DNA of 64,000 nucleotides, taken from contig CABXTT010000001.1 of the NCBI GenBank assembly GCA_902515155.1, forward strand, positions 12,389 to 76,388, read 5' to 3'. A model generated the notes under the pieces. The model worked only from the letters and a program-made list of their open reading frames with translations, did not search any database and was not told the origin of the DNA. The translations under genes were made by a program, and so were the position numbers. Positions 8,148 to 17,421 of the stretch are shown piece by piece (the first letter of the stretch is position 1; each line of letters starts with the position of its first letter). The stretch is from an uncultured SAR86 cluster bacterium (lineage in GTDB: Bacteria; Pseudomonadota; Gammaproteobacteria; Magnimaribacterales; D2472).

Positions 8148-8955
8148 TAAAAACTATTTTGAATTGAAACATAAAATAATTATATTTTTTACTATTGGTA
8201 TATTTTTATATCTTATTGATATAGGGTTGAATTCTGAATCTAAAGATATCTACATAAGTGATCAAGAAATTCTTAGTTTAGTTAGTGCTTGGAAATCCCA
8301 AGTTGGTAGAGAACCAACTGATGATGAAATTTCTAGGATTATAAATAATCTTGTAGATGAAGAAATTTTATATCGTGAAGCATTATTACTTGGTCTAGAT
8401 AATGAAGATAGAATAATTAAGCGTAGATTGGCTCAAAAAATATCTTTCTTGAAACAAGAATCTATTTCAATCTCTCCGTCTAATACAGAGATATTAAATT
8501 TTTATAATAAAAATAAAGATAAATACTTTGTAAATCCCTCATACTCATTTACTCATTATTATTTTTCTTCTGAAAATAATTCTGAAGACAGATCAAAAGT
8601 TGCCATGCAGCAAATTAAAAATAATATTGAGGTCAATTCAGATTCATTTTTCTTAGGAAAAAATTTTGCTGCTGAAGATATACTAAATATTGATAGTAAC
8701 TTTGGTAATAACTTTAGTAGTAATTTTTTAGATGCACCATTAAATAAGTGGATAGGACCATATAGATCTTCTTTTGGCCACCACATTCTCTTCATAACAG
8801 ATTTTCAACCTGGTTTTTATTTGGATATTGAAGATGTACTCAACCAAGTAGAGGTTGATTTATTGCAAATTAAAAGAGATAAAGCAGTACAAGATTTTCT
8901 TAATAAAATTAGATTAGAGTACGAGGTAATAATTAATCCTAATTTAAAAATTTAA
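8113..8955 (+). CDS. parvulin/SurA-like peptidyl-prolyl isomerase-related protein, membrane-anchored
   Basis: One hydrophobic helix near the N-terminus, a SurA-N-like segment (EILYREALLLGLDNEDRIIKRRLAQKISFL) and a parvulin-like SSFGHHILFI. The TTG start at 8113 overlaps the upstream gene; the true start is uncertain. Confidence 0.55.
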   Translation: MVEVFSYEALINKNYFELKHKIIIFFTIGIFLYLIDIGLNSESKDIYISDQEILSLVSAWKSQVGREPTDDEISRIINNLVDEEILYREALLLGLDNEDRIIKRRLAQKISFLKQESISISPSNTEILNFYNKNKDKYFVNPSYSFTHYYFSSENNSEDRSKVAMQQIKNNIEVNSDSFFLGKNFAAEDILNIDSNFGNNFSSNFLDAPLNKWIGPYRSSFGHHILFITDFQPGFYLDIEDVLNQVEVDLLQIKRDKAVQDFLNKIRLEYEVIINPNLKI

Positions 8956-9905
8956 TGAAGAATTTTTTTTATTTTTTTTTATTTTTTTTTACATTAGAGA
9001 TTCATACACATGAATTTAATCCTGCTCATTTGGTAGTAGAACAGTCAAAAATAGATACCAATAAGTATGAAGCTACATGGATGTATCCCCATAAAAATAT
9101 TGGAAAAAGAGCAGAGGTAATTTTTTCTGAGGTTTGTACAAAGTCTAACAAACAACCTTATTTACAAGGTAAATATTTAGTAGAGAAGATAAACCTTGTA
9201 TGCGAAGAGTCGTTAAAGGGAACCTCAATAGAAATTGTTGATTTAAGTGTCTTAACAGACGCCTTGATTACAATAAATTTTATTGATAACACTTTTGAGG
9301 GGATAGTAAATGTCCAAAATTTTTCAATAGATATTCCAAAAAAAAATCAATACTATCCTACTTCTTATCTTTTATTGGGTATCAACCATTTGTTTGATGG
9401 TTTAGATCATATTTTATTCATATTTGGGCTAATTTTTTGTATTTCTGGCCTTTTTAATATTATCAAAACAATTACAGCTTTTACTGTTGCGCATAGCTTT
9501 TCACTTGGTCTTTCTGTATTTAATGTTATTTCATTGCCCCAAGGAACGATAGAAGCCTTAATAGCACTTACTATTGTTTATCTTGCATTAGAAGTAAGTA
9601 AATCTAATAAAAGTTATAAAACTCCGTGGCTAATGGCTTTTGGTTTTGGTTTATTGCATGGCTTGGGATTTGCTGGAGCATTAATGGATATAGGAATTGC
9701 TAACAATCAAATGTTTTTATCTTTAGTCTTCTTTAATTTAGGAATTGAATTAGCACAGCTAGCGCTTATACCTATACCTCTTTTGATAATATATATTTCT
9801 AAACAATATACCTATTCAAGTCAGGTTAAAACAATAGCAAGTTTCTCTATTGGCGGAATGGGATTCTATTGGTTTATAGATCGGGTAATTGGTATCATTC
9901 TCTAA
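8955..9905 (+). CDS. HupE/UreJ-family membrane protein with ~140-aa N-terminal extracytoplasmic extension
   Basis: GLDHILFIFGL and the following helices match the HupE/UreJ pattern. A signal peptide is followed by H-T-H-E. TAATG overlap with the upstream gene. Confidence 0.75.
   Translation: MKNFFYFFLFFFTLEIHTHEFNPAHLVVEQSKIDTNKYEATWMYPHKNIGKRAEVIFSEVCTKSNKQPYLQGKYLVEKINLVCEESLKGTSIEIVDLSVLTDALITINFIDNTFEGIVNVQNFSIDIPKKNQYYPTSYLLLGINHLFDGLDHILFIFGLIFCISGLFNIIKTITAFTVAHSFSLGLSVFNVISLPQGTIEALIALTIVYLALEVSKSNKSYKTPWLMAFGFGLLHGLGFAGALMDIGIANNQMFLSLVFFNLGIELAQLALIPIPLLIIYISKQYTYSSQVKTIASFSIGGMGFYWFIDRVIGIIL
8963..8990 (+). repeat. three consecutive T8/T9/T9 runs inside the HupE-like signal-peptide coding region
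   Basis: aa-tttttttt-a-ttttttttt-a-ttttttttt-ac, encoding NFFYFFLFFFT. Confidence 0.9.
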
Positions 9906-9927
9906 TAAAATAAAGAAAAATAGAGCA

Positions 9928-11127
9928 ATGTTAAATTTTTCAAAAAAAAATATCCTTCTTTGCGTAACTGGAGGAATAGCAGCCTATAAATCAGCAGAAA
10001 TTATTCGCCTTTTTAAAAAAAATGGAGCTGATGTAAGGGTGGTAATGACTGAATCTGCCAAAGAGTTTATTACACCTTTAACTCTTCAAGCTGTTTCTGG
10101 AAATGATATTCATGACTCTTTGCTAGATGAAAAAGCTGAATCAGCAATGGGGCATATCGAGCTAGCAAAGTGGGCTGATATCATTCTAATAGCTCCGTGT
10201 ACAGCTGAGACAATGTCTAAAATTACTCATGGGAGAGCTGACGATCTTATGGGTGCTTTAATTCTTGCTTCAAAAGCAAATGTTTATATTGCACCTGCAA
10301 TGAATACCAATATGTGGATGGATAAGGGAACTCAAAATAATTATCAAAAATTATTGTCTAGAAACTATACTTTTATTGGTCCTGCAGATGGTGAGCAAGC
10401 TTGTGGAGATGTTGGACCTGGAAGAATGGTTGAGCCCAATGATATTATTGATTTAATAATATCGTCATTAAAGAATGGACCCTTAGCTAATAAAATTGTA
10501 ACTATTACTGCTGGTCCAACAAGAGAACAAATCGATCCAGTTAGATTTATATCTAATAATAGCTCTGGAAAGATGGGTTATTCAATTGCTGAAGCAGCTC
10601 TAGAGCTTGGTGCAACAGTTAACTTAGTTAGTGGACCTGTTTCTATTAAGGCAGACAAGTCTATTAATTTAATTAAGGTAAACTCTGCAAATCAAATGCT
10701 AGAAAGTGTAATGAACTGTATGAGTGATTCAGATATTTTTATTGGTTGTGCTGCAGTTTCGGATTTTAAACCATCTGATTATTCAGAATCTAAGATAAAA
10801 AAAGATAGCGCTGATAATTTAGATATTAAATTAGAAAAAAATAAAGATATTTTAAGCATTGTGTCTGATAAATTTCCTTCTGCTTATGTAGTTGGGTTTG
10901 CCGCAGAAACGTCCAATGTAAAAGAAAATGCTAAAAGTAAACTTATTTCTAAAAATCTTAATATGATTATTTCTAATGATGTTTCTGATAAATCAATTGG
11001 TTTTGACGTTGATGAGAATGAGGTTAATGTTATTACTAAGGATGAAATTATTTTTTTAAAAAGGGATAAAAAGATTAGAATAGCAAGAAATGTTCTTAAT
11101 ACCATAGCAGCACAAATAAATAATTAA
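9928..11127 (+). CDS. coaBC: bifunctional phosphopantothenoylcysteine decarboxylase / synthetase
   Basis: ILLCVTGGIAAYK flavoprotein motif, PAMN..MW and SSGKMG in the CoaB half. I prefer the ATG at 9928 over the TTG at 9889, which overlaps the HupE-like gene. Confidence 0.9.
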   Translation: MLNFSKKNILLCVTGGIAAYKSAEIIRLFKKNGADVRVVMTESAKEFITPLTLQAVSGNDIHDSLLDEKAESAMGHIELAKWADIILIAPCTAETMSKITHGRADDLMGALILASKANVYIAPAMNTNMWMDKGTQNNYQKLLSRNYTFIGPADGEQACGDVGPGRMVEPNDIIDLIISSLKNGPLANKIVTITAGPTREQIDPVRFISNNSSGKMGYSIAEAALELGATVNLVSGPVSIKADKSINLIKVNSANQMLESVMNCMSDSDIFIGCAAVSDFKPSDYSESKIKKDSADNLDIKLEKNKDILSIVSDKFPSAYVVGFAAETSNVKENAKSKLISKNLNMIISNDVSDKSIGFDVDENEVNVITKDEIIFLKRDKKIRIARNVLNTIAAQINN

Positions 11128-11129
11128 AT

Positions 11130-11945
11130 ATGTCATCACACTCTGATAAAAACTTAGTCACCTTGGCCACTTTAAAAAAAATGAAAAAAGATGGTGATAA
11201 ATTTACTTGCCTAACTTCATATGAAGCAACCATGACATCAAAAATATGCGATGCTGGTGTTGATGTAGTTTTAGTTGGTGACAGCCTCGGAATGGTTGTT
11301 CAGGGTCATGACAGCACACTTCCTGTAACAATGGATCAATTGATATATCATCTAGAATGCGTTGTAAAAGGTAATAAAGGTGCGCATATAATGGCTGATA
11401 TGCCATTCATGAGCTATGCAACTGATGATATGGGTTTTGAAAATGCAACCAGGTTAATGCAAGCCGGTGCTAATTCAGTAAAGATTGAAGGTGGAGAATG
11501 GATTTCAAAAATGGCTTCAATGTTATCAGATAGAGGCATACCTATATGTGCGCATATGGGATTAACTCCACAAACTATAAATAGAATCGGTGGTAATTTT
11601 GTTCAAGGAAGAGATCCAACAAAAAGAGAATTAATTATAAATGAAGCAAAGTCATTAGAAATTGCAGGTGCCGCAATGTTACTACTTGAATGTGTTCCAG
11701 ACTCCTTAACTAAAGAAATAATGTCAGAGTTAAAAATTCCTGTTATTGGAATTGGGGCGGGACCTTCAACTGATGGACAAGTAATGGTTATTCATGACCT
11801 ACTTGGCATATCTTGTTTAGATAAGCTTCCTAAATTTGTTAAAGACTATATGAAAGACTCAAACTCTATTCAAGATGCACTTAAAAATTATGTCAAGGAA
11901 GTAAAAGAAAATAAATTTCCTGCAAAAGAGCACACTTTTTTCTAA
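11130..11945 (+). CDS. panB: 3-methyl-2-oxobutanoate hydroxymethyltransferase
   Basis: 271 aa. LTSYE...VLVGDSLGMVVQGHDSTLPVT and MPFMSY are typical PanB. Confidence 0.95.
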   Translation: MSSHSDKNLVTLATLKKMKKDGDKFTCLTSYEATMTSKICDAGVDVVLVGDSLGMVVQGHDSTLPVTMDQLIYHLECVVKGNKGAHIMADMPFMSYATDDMGFENATRLMQAGANSVKIEGGEWISKMASMLSDRGIPICAHMGLTPQTINRIGGNFVQGRDPTKRELIINEAKSLEIAGAAMLLLECVPDSLTKEIMSELKIPVIGIGAGPSTDGQVMVIHDLLGISCLDKLPKFVKDYMKDSNSIQDALKNYVKEVKENKFPAKEHTFF

Positions 11946-11946
11946 A

Positions 11947-12759
11947 TTGGAAATAATTAAAAATATTGAAGACCTAAATAAATTTAGATCTAATTATGAT
12001 CAAATTTCATTTGTGCCAACAATGGGAAATTTACATGATGGGCATATATCATTAATCAAAAGAGCAAATGAATATAACGACACTGTTATTGCTTCAATTT
12101 TTATAAACCCACTACAATTTAATGATAAAAATGATTTTATAAATTATCCAAAAACTCTTGATAGCGATATAAGTCTTCTTATTAAGAATGAATGTGACTG
12201 TCTTTTTTTACCTGACCAATCAATTTTAAATAATATTAAACAAATTAAATCTTCCTACAAATCTCAGCACTTATGTGGATTAAATAGACCTGGACATTTT
12301 GATGGTGTTTTAACAATAGTAAATAGACTTTTTGATCTGGTAAAACCTACAAGAGCTATTTTTGGAAAAAAAGACTATCAACAATTGTTGCTCATATCTG
12401 ACTTTGTAAAAGAGAATAACTTACCTATAAATATAATTGGATCTGAAATAGTAAGAGATCAAAGTGGACTAGCTTTATCATCAAGAAATAACCATCTCTC
12501 GGCTGATGAAAAGAAATTAGCCTCGAATTTATATAAAACTCTTAATATAATTGCAAATAAGCTAGATACATTAACTATTAACGATATTATTAATGAAAAA
12601 AATAAATTAAGGGATTTGGGGTTTAGCATTGATTATTTAAATGTTTGTAATCCTTTAGAGCTTTCAGAAGAGTCAAATTACAATATCAGGCCACTAATTG
12701 TTGCTATTGCAGCTTATATTGGAGAAATAAGGCTTATTGATAACATATTAATTACTTAA
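11947..12759 (+). CDS. panC: pantoate--beta-alanine ligase
   Basis: PTMGNLHDGHISLI (HIGH-like) and FGKKDYQQ. TTG start. Confidence 0.9.
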   Translation: MEIIKNIEDLNKFRSNYDQISFVPTMGNLHDGHISLIKRANEYNDTVIASIFINPLQFNDKNDFINYPKTLDSDISLLIKNECDCLFLPDQSILNNIKQIKSSYKSQHLCGLNRPGHFDGVLTIVNRLFDLVKPTRAIFGKKDYQQLLLISDFVKENNLPINIIGSEIVRDQSGLALSSRNNHLSADEKKLASNLYKTLNIIANKLDTLTINDIINEKNKLRDLGFSIDYLNVCNPLELSEESNYNIRPLIVAIAAYIGEIRLIDNILIT

Positions 12760-12804
12760 ATCTAAAACTTTTAAAAATGTTTATAATTCCTTATACTGCG
12801 CGTT

Positions 12805-13194
12805 ATGTTAAAAACACTACTAAAATCTAAGCTTCATAGAATTAACGTTACTCAAGTCGAACTTGAATATGAAGGCTCATGCGCAGTTGATCAAGATTTT
12901 TTAGATGCTGCTGGTATGGCGGAGTATGAAAAAGTTGATGTTTATAATGTCACTAACGGTGAAAGGTTCTCTACTTATTTAATTCTAGCTGAAGCCGGCT
13001 CAAAAACACTATCAGTAAATGGTGCTGCTGCTCACAAAGTCTCATTAAATGACGTTGTTATAATTTGTACTTATGGAAAATTTGATGAAGTTGAGTCATC
13101 AACTCATAAACCAAAACTCGTATATTTTGATAAACATAATAATATTTTAGATATCAAAAATTCAATTCCTCTTCAAAAACTGCATTCAGTATAA
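12805..13194 (+). CDS. panD: aspartate 1-decarboxylase (pyruvoyl-dependent)
   Basis: MLKTLLKSKLHRINVTQVELEYEGSCAVD, with the Gly-Ser self-cleavage site. Confidence 0.95.
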   Translation: MLKTLLKSKLHRINVTQVELEYEGSCAVDQDFLDAAGMAEYEKVDVYNVTNGERFSTYLILAEAGSKTLSVNGAAAHKVSLNDVVIICTYGKFDEVESSTHKPKLVYFDKHNNILDIKNSIPLQKLHSV

Positions 13195-13250
13195 ATTTGA
13201 CCTTATTTAATTACCTATATAATCTGTAGCGGTAATAATCAACCAAGACT

Positions 13251-14474
13251 ATGAAATTTAATGATCTGGATTTATCAGAGCTAATAATTAGATCATTAAA
13301 AGATCAAAATTATAAAAAACCAACACCAATTCAAGCAGAGGTAATACCTGCAATTTTAAATAATAGTGATGTTATGGCAGCTGCCCAGACTGGAACTGGA
13401 AAAACTGCAGCATTTGTTTTACCAATATTAAGTAAACTATCGAACCCTAAAAATAATTACAAAGGTCACCAATTAAGGGCATTAATATTAACTCCTACCA
13501 GAGAGCTTGCTGCTCAAGTAAGGGAAAATGTAAATACATATAGCAAATATCTTAGTATTCGCTCTACTGCGGTTTATGGCGGAGCTAGAATACATAATCA
13601 AAAGCTAAAATTAAGAAAAGGCATTGATGTTCTAGTTGCTACTCCAGGTAGATTACTGGACTTGTATAATCAAAAATCAGTTAATTTTAAAAATATAGAA
13701 ATACTTGTCTTAGATGAGGCTGATCAAATGCTTGATATGGGTTTTATTCATGATATCAAAAAAATAATTAAGCTTCTTCCAGAGAGAAGGCAAAATTTAA
13801 TGTTTTCAGCAACTTTCTCAAATCCATTTAGATCTCTGGCACTTGAAGTTGCAGATAAAGCTATTGAAATTTCAGTAACAAATGATAATCAAACTGGAGA
13901 CAATATCGAGCATTGCGTTCATCCAGTAGATAAATCAAGAAAGACAGAATTACTTATTGAATTAGTAGAAACTGAAAAATGGGAACAGGCTTTGGTTTTT
14001 ACAAGAACAAAACATGGAGCTGATCGGCTGAAAAAGCAATTAGATAAAGTTAATATTAAATCTCTAGCAATACATGGTAATAAAACACAAAACAACAGAA
14101 TGAAAGCGTTAGATGCTTTTAAAAACAACAGAGTTAGTATTCTCGTTGCAACCGATGTTGCTGCTAGGGGAATTGATATAAAAAATATGTCACAAGTTAT
14201 TAATTTTGACGTACCTACTGTAGCTAAAGATTATGTCCATAGGATTGGAAGAACAGGAAGAGCAGGTGAGAAAGGTAAGGCTATTTCATTAGTCAGCGCA
14301 GATGAATTTAGACTTTTACAGGACATAGAAAAATTACTTAATCAAAAAATTGAAAGAGTCGAAATTAATGGATTTGAACCTGAACACGCTGTGCCACTAA
14401 AACACAAACCAGCAAAAAAGAAATTTAATAATAAAGGCGGATACAGAAAAAGAAAAAGAAGTAGAAAAGGGTAG
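13251..14474 (+). CDS. rhlE: DEAD-box ATP-dependent RNA helicase (RhlE-like)
   Basis: Q-motif PTPIQ, AQTGTGKT, DEAD, SAT, HRIGRTGRAG and a basic C-terminal tail. Confidence 0.9.
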   Translation: MKFNDLDLSELIIRSLKDQNYKKPTPIQAEVIPAILNNSDVMAAAQTGTGKTAAFVLPILSKLSNPKNNYKGHQLRALILTPTRELAAQVRENVNTYSKYLSIRSTAVYGGARIHNQKLKLRKGIDVLVATPGRLLDLYNQKSVNFKNIEILVLDEADQMLDMGFIHDIKKIIKLLPERRQNLMFSATFSNPFRSLALEVADKAIEISVTNDNQTGDNIEHCVHPVDKSRKTELLIELVETEKWEQALVFTRTKHGADRLKKQLDKVNIKSLAIHGNKTQNNRMKALDAFKNNRVSILVATDVAARGIDIKNMSQVINFDVPTVAKDYVHRIGRTGRAGEKGKAISLVSADEFRLLQDIEKLLNQKIERVEINGFEPEHAVPLKHKPAKKKFNNKGGYRKRKRSRKG

Positions 14475-14630
14475 AAGCAAATATACTAACTTTACATTGT
14501 TAAGAACATTATAAAAATAACAGGCAATGTTAAAGAAACAATTAATATTAGAATAAATTTTGGTGTTGTCATATTAAATTTACTTTTAAGCCATTAATTA
14601 TATTTTGTCATAATTGTAATAAATTGAAAA

Positions 14631-14707
14631 TGGCGCGCCCGGAGAGATTCGAACTCCCGACCCCTTGGTTCGTAGCCAAGTACTCTATCCAGCTGAGCTA
14701 CGGGCGC
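14631..14707 (-). tRNA. tRNA-Arg (anticodon ACG)
   Basis: The reverse complement is GCGCCCGTAGCTCAGCTGGATAGAGTACTTGG-CTACGAA-CCAAGGGGTCGGGAGTTCGAATCTCTCCGGGCGCGCCA. Confidence 0.9.
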
Positions 14708-14711
14708 TTTT

Positions 14712-14882
14712 TTACAACTTCCGTGCTTCTTCCGGAAGCATGACAGGAATACCGTCTTTTACTGGGTAGGCAAGACCTGCTTCAGCTGAAACTAACTCAT
14801 TAGTCTCTTTATCATATTCAAGAGGTTTTTTTGATACAGGACATACCAAAATATCTAATAGTGCTTTGTCTAATACTGTCAT
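14712..14882 (-). CDS. Trm112/YcaR-family small zinc-ribbon-like protein
   Basis: [17 protein letters not shown]...[21 protein letters not shown] prefer the ATG at 14882 (56 aa). The 85-aa ORF would overlap the divergent CofE-like gene. Confidence 0.8.
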   Translation of the reverse strand: MTVLDKALLDILVCPVSKKPLEYDKETNELVSAEAGLAYPVKDGIPVMLPEEARKL

Positions 14883-14960
14883 ATTTTTGAAGTATACATT
14901 AGGATTTATATTGATAGTATATGTTATTGTAATTACTCGTAACCTATCCATATATATAAA

Positions 14961-15722
14961 ATGCATCATTTAAAGTTAATAGCATTAAAAGATTTTCCTT
15001 TAATTGAACCAAATGATGACTTAGCTTCAATTATTAATAAATCTATTAACAATAATGGTATTAATATTGAGTCAGGCGATGTAGTTGTAGTGGCTCAAAA
15101 AATAATATCAAAATGTGAAAATAGATACGTAGAACTAAAAAATATTCAACCCTCAAAAGAGGCTATTGATCTTGGTAAGATACTGGAGAGAGATCCAGCT
15201 TTTATCCAAATTATTCAAAATGAATCAAAAAAAATTATTAGTACTAAAAAAAATGTAATTATTGTTGAACACAATTTAGGATTTATTAATATAAATGCAG
15301 GTATAGATCGATCTAATATTTTACAAAAAGATGATGTAGTACTTCTATTACCAGAGAATCCATCTAAAAGCGCTAGAGGTTTACAATCATTGATATCAGC
15401 ATACTTTCAAAAAGATATTGCATTAATAGTTACTGATTCTATGACTAGGCCTTACAGATCGGGAGTCACTAACTTTGCTTTAGCAAGTGCGAATATTCCT
15501 AGTTTGATTGATCTTAAAGGTGATTCAGACATATATGGAAATATTCTTCAAAGCACAGAAATCGCTATAGCAGACGAATTAGCTGCAGCAGCAGGTCTTT
15601 TGATGGGTCAAGGAAGTGAAAAACAACCAGTAGTAATTATAAAAGGATTTGATAAGAAAAATTATTCCACTAATGATGCGTTTGATTTAGTTGTTGATGA
15701 AGATGAAGATTTATATAGATGA
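14961..15722 (+). CDS. CofE-like F420-0:gamma-glutamyl ligase family protein
   Basis: Collinear similarity to archaeal CofE as I recall it: LPLIxxxDDLAxxI, [15 protein letters not shown], INAGIDxSN, ITDSxxRPxRxGVxxFA, [15 protein letters not shown]. Confidence 0.75.
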   Translation: MHHLKLIALKDFPLIEPNDDLASIINKSINNNGINIESGDVVVVAQKIISKCENRYVELKNIQPSKEAIDLGKILERDPAFIQIIQNESKKIISTKKNVIIVEHNLGFININAGIDRSNILQKDDVVLLLPENPSKSARGLQSLISAYFQKDIALIVTDSMTRPYRSGVTNFALASANIPSLIDLKGDSDIYGNILQSTEIAIADELAAAAGLLMGQGSEKQPVVIIKGFDKKNYSTNDAFDLVVDEDEDLYR

Positions 15723-15753
15723 GTCATTTTATTTTTAACTTTATAATATAAGA

Positions 15754-16518
15754 ATGAAATTAAGCGTTAATTTAAATAAAGTTGCTTTACTCAGAAATGC
15801 TAGAGGTGAGGGGAGACCTTCTGTTAGGGATTTTGCTAATAAAGCTATTGATTATGGAGTAAGTGGCTTAACGCTCCATCCTCGACCTGATCACAGGCAT
15901 GCAACAAGTAAAGATGTAGTTACTATTTCTCAGCTTTGCAAGGAAAGAAATGTAGAATTTAATATTGAAGGAAACCCGTTTTCTTCTCCTTCAGGTGATT
16001 TTAAAGGGTTTTTAAATCTTGTTGAAGAATCTCAACCTGATCAAATTACATTAGTGCCTGACTCACCAGATCAAATTACTTCTGATCACGGATGGGCTGC
16101 TGGTAATCACGATGATGACTTAAAAAATATAATTAATAATTTAAAAGACTTATCTAATCATTCTCAGATAAGTCTTTTTGTAGATAACATGAAAGGCAAT
16201 AAAGTAAATTACGATGCTATAGATTATGCTATCAATGTGGGTGCAAACTTAATTGAGATTCATACAGGTTATTTTTCTAAGCATATCGAAGAGGGTAATT
16301 TATCTGTAGTTAATAAAATAGAAAGTTTAATTAATAAAGCTAATCAATCCAATCTGATGGTTAATGCTGGACATGACTTAAATCTAATAAATCTTCCCCA
16401 CTTAGTTAAAATTGGAGGCATTAATGAAGTCTCTATTGGTCATGCAATTGTTATTGATGCCTTGAATTATGGCTTTGAAGCAACTATAAAGAGTTATATA
16501 GATACTATAAAAGGATAA
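15754..16518 (+). CDS. pdxJ: pyridoxine 5'-phosphate synthase
   Basis: LSVNLNKVALLRNARG, HPRPDHRH, EIHTG, GHDLN and EVSIGHAI are PdxJ hallmarks. Confidence 0.9.
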   Translation: MKLSVNLNKVALLRNARGEGRPSVRDFANKAIDYGVSGLTLHPRPDHRHATSKDVVTISQLCKERNVEFNIEGNPFSSPSGDFKGFLNLVEESQPDQITLVPDSPDQITSDHGWAAGNHDDDLKNIINNLKDLSNHSQISLFVDNMKGNKVNYDAIDYAINVGANLIEIHTGYFSKHIEEGNLSVVNKIESLINKANQSNLMVNAGHDLNLINLPHLVKIGGINEVSIGHAIVIDALNYGFEATIKSYIDTIKG

Positions 16519-16520
16519 TT

Positions 16521-16835
16521 ATGGATATTTCAGAAAAATTAAAACAACAGATAAAAGATAATGACCTTTTAATCTATATGAAAGGAACACCTTATGAGCC
16601 CCGCTGTGGATTTTCTGCAAAAACAGTTCAAGCTTTGATTGAATGTGAAGCTCAATTCTCTTATGTAGACATTTTAGAAAATAATGATGTCAGAGCAACC
16701 TTACCTTCCGTTTCCGACTGGCCAACTTTTCCTCAAGTTTTTTTTCAAGGAGAGTTAATTGGTGGTGCTGATATAGTTACTCAAATGCATGAATCAGGCG
16801 AACTTAAAAAAATGATTGCTAGCTCGTCAGAGTAA
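16521..16835 (+). CDS. grxD: monothiol glutaredoxin (Grx4 type)
   Basis: CGFS active site (PRCGFSAKT) and WPTFPQVF..GELIGGADI. Confidence 0.9.
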   Translation: MDISEKLKQQIKDNDLLIYMKGTPYEPRCGFSAKTVQALIECEAQFSYVDILENNDVRATLPSVSDWPTFPQVFFQGELIGGADIVTQMHESGELKKMIASSSE

Positions 16836-16836
16836 A

Positions 16837-17421
16837 TTATTTATTAAAGTCATTTATAATCTTACAAAAAACCTTAGCTGTTACGTCTGAATCATATGCC
16901 GCAGAATGAGCCTCTTTAGAGTCATATTCAACATTTAAGCTTTCACAAATCTTTGCTAAAACAGTTTGATTCGTAGCAAGCGCACCAAGGGTAACGGTAT
17001 CTAGAACTGAAAAACTGTGAAAGGGTGATTTTTTTATATTATTTCTATTAGTTGCAGCTTTTAAAAATGATAAATCAAAATGCGCATTATGCCCAACCAA
17101 TATAGCTCTCGAGCACTCGTATTTATTTTTATGTACATTAATTATTTTAAATAATTCTTTTAATGCAATTTCTTCACTAACAGCATTTCTAAGTGGGTGA
17201 TTTAATTTAATTTTAGTAAATTCTAATGATTCATCTTCAACAATAAGTCCATCATATGGTTCAATATGATATCTATGAGTCTTGCCGACCAATAATTGAT
17301 TATCTTCCTCTTCAATTAATGTTATAGCTATCTCAAGAACAGCACTATTTTCATAATCAAAACCACCAGTTTCAAGATCTACCACAACAGGTAAGTATTT
17401 TCTAAATCTATTTTTTAACAT
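16837..17421 (-). CDS. rnt: ribonuclease T
   Basis: DEDDh exonuclease motifs VVVDLETGG, GHNAHFDLSFL and HSAAYD. Lies next to grxD, as in E. coli. Confidence 0.85.
   Translation of the reverse strand: MLKNRFRKYLPVVVDLETGGFDYENSAVLEIAITLIEEEDNQLLVGKTHRYHIEPYDGLIVEDESLEFTKIKLNHPLRNAVSEEIALKELFKIINVHKNKYECSRAILVGHNAHFDLSFLKAATNRNNIKKSPFHSFSVLDTVTLGALATNQTVLAKICESLNVEYDSKEAHSAAYDSDVTAKVFCKIINDFNK

Noticed and set aside
14492-14572. A 26-aa hydrophobic ORF (MTTPKFILILIVSLTLPVIFIMFLTM) downstream of tRNA-Arg(ACG).
   Set aside because: Too short, with no SD and AT-driven composition. No supporting evidence.
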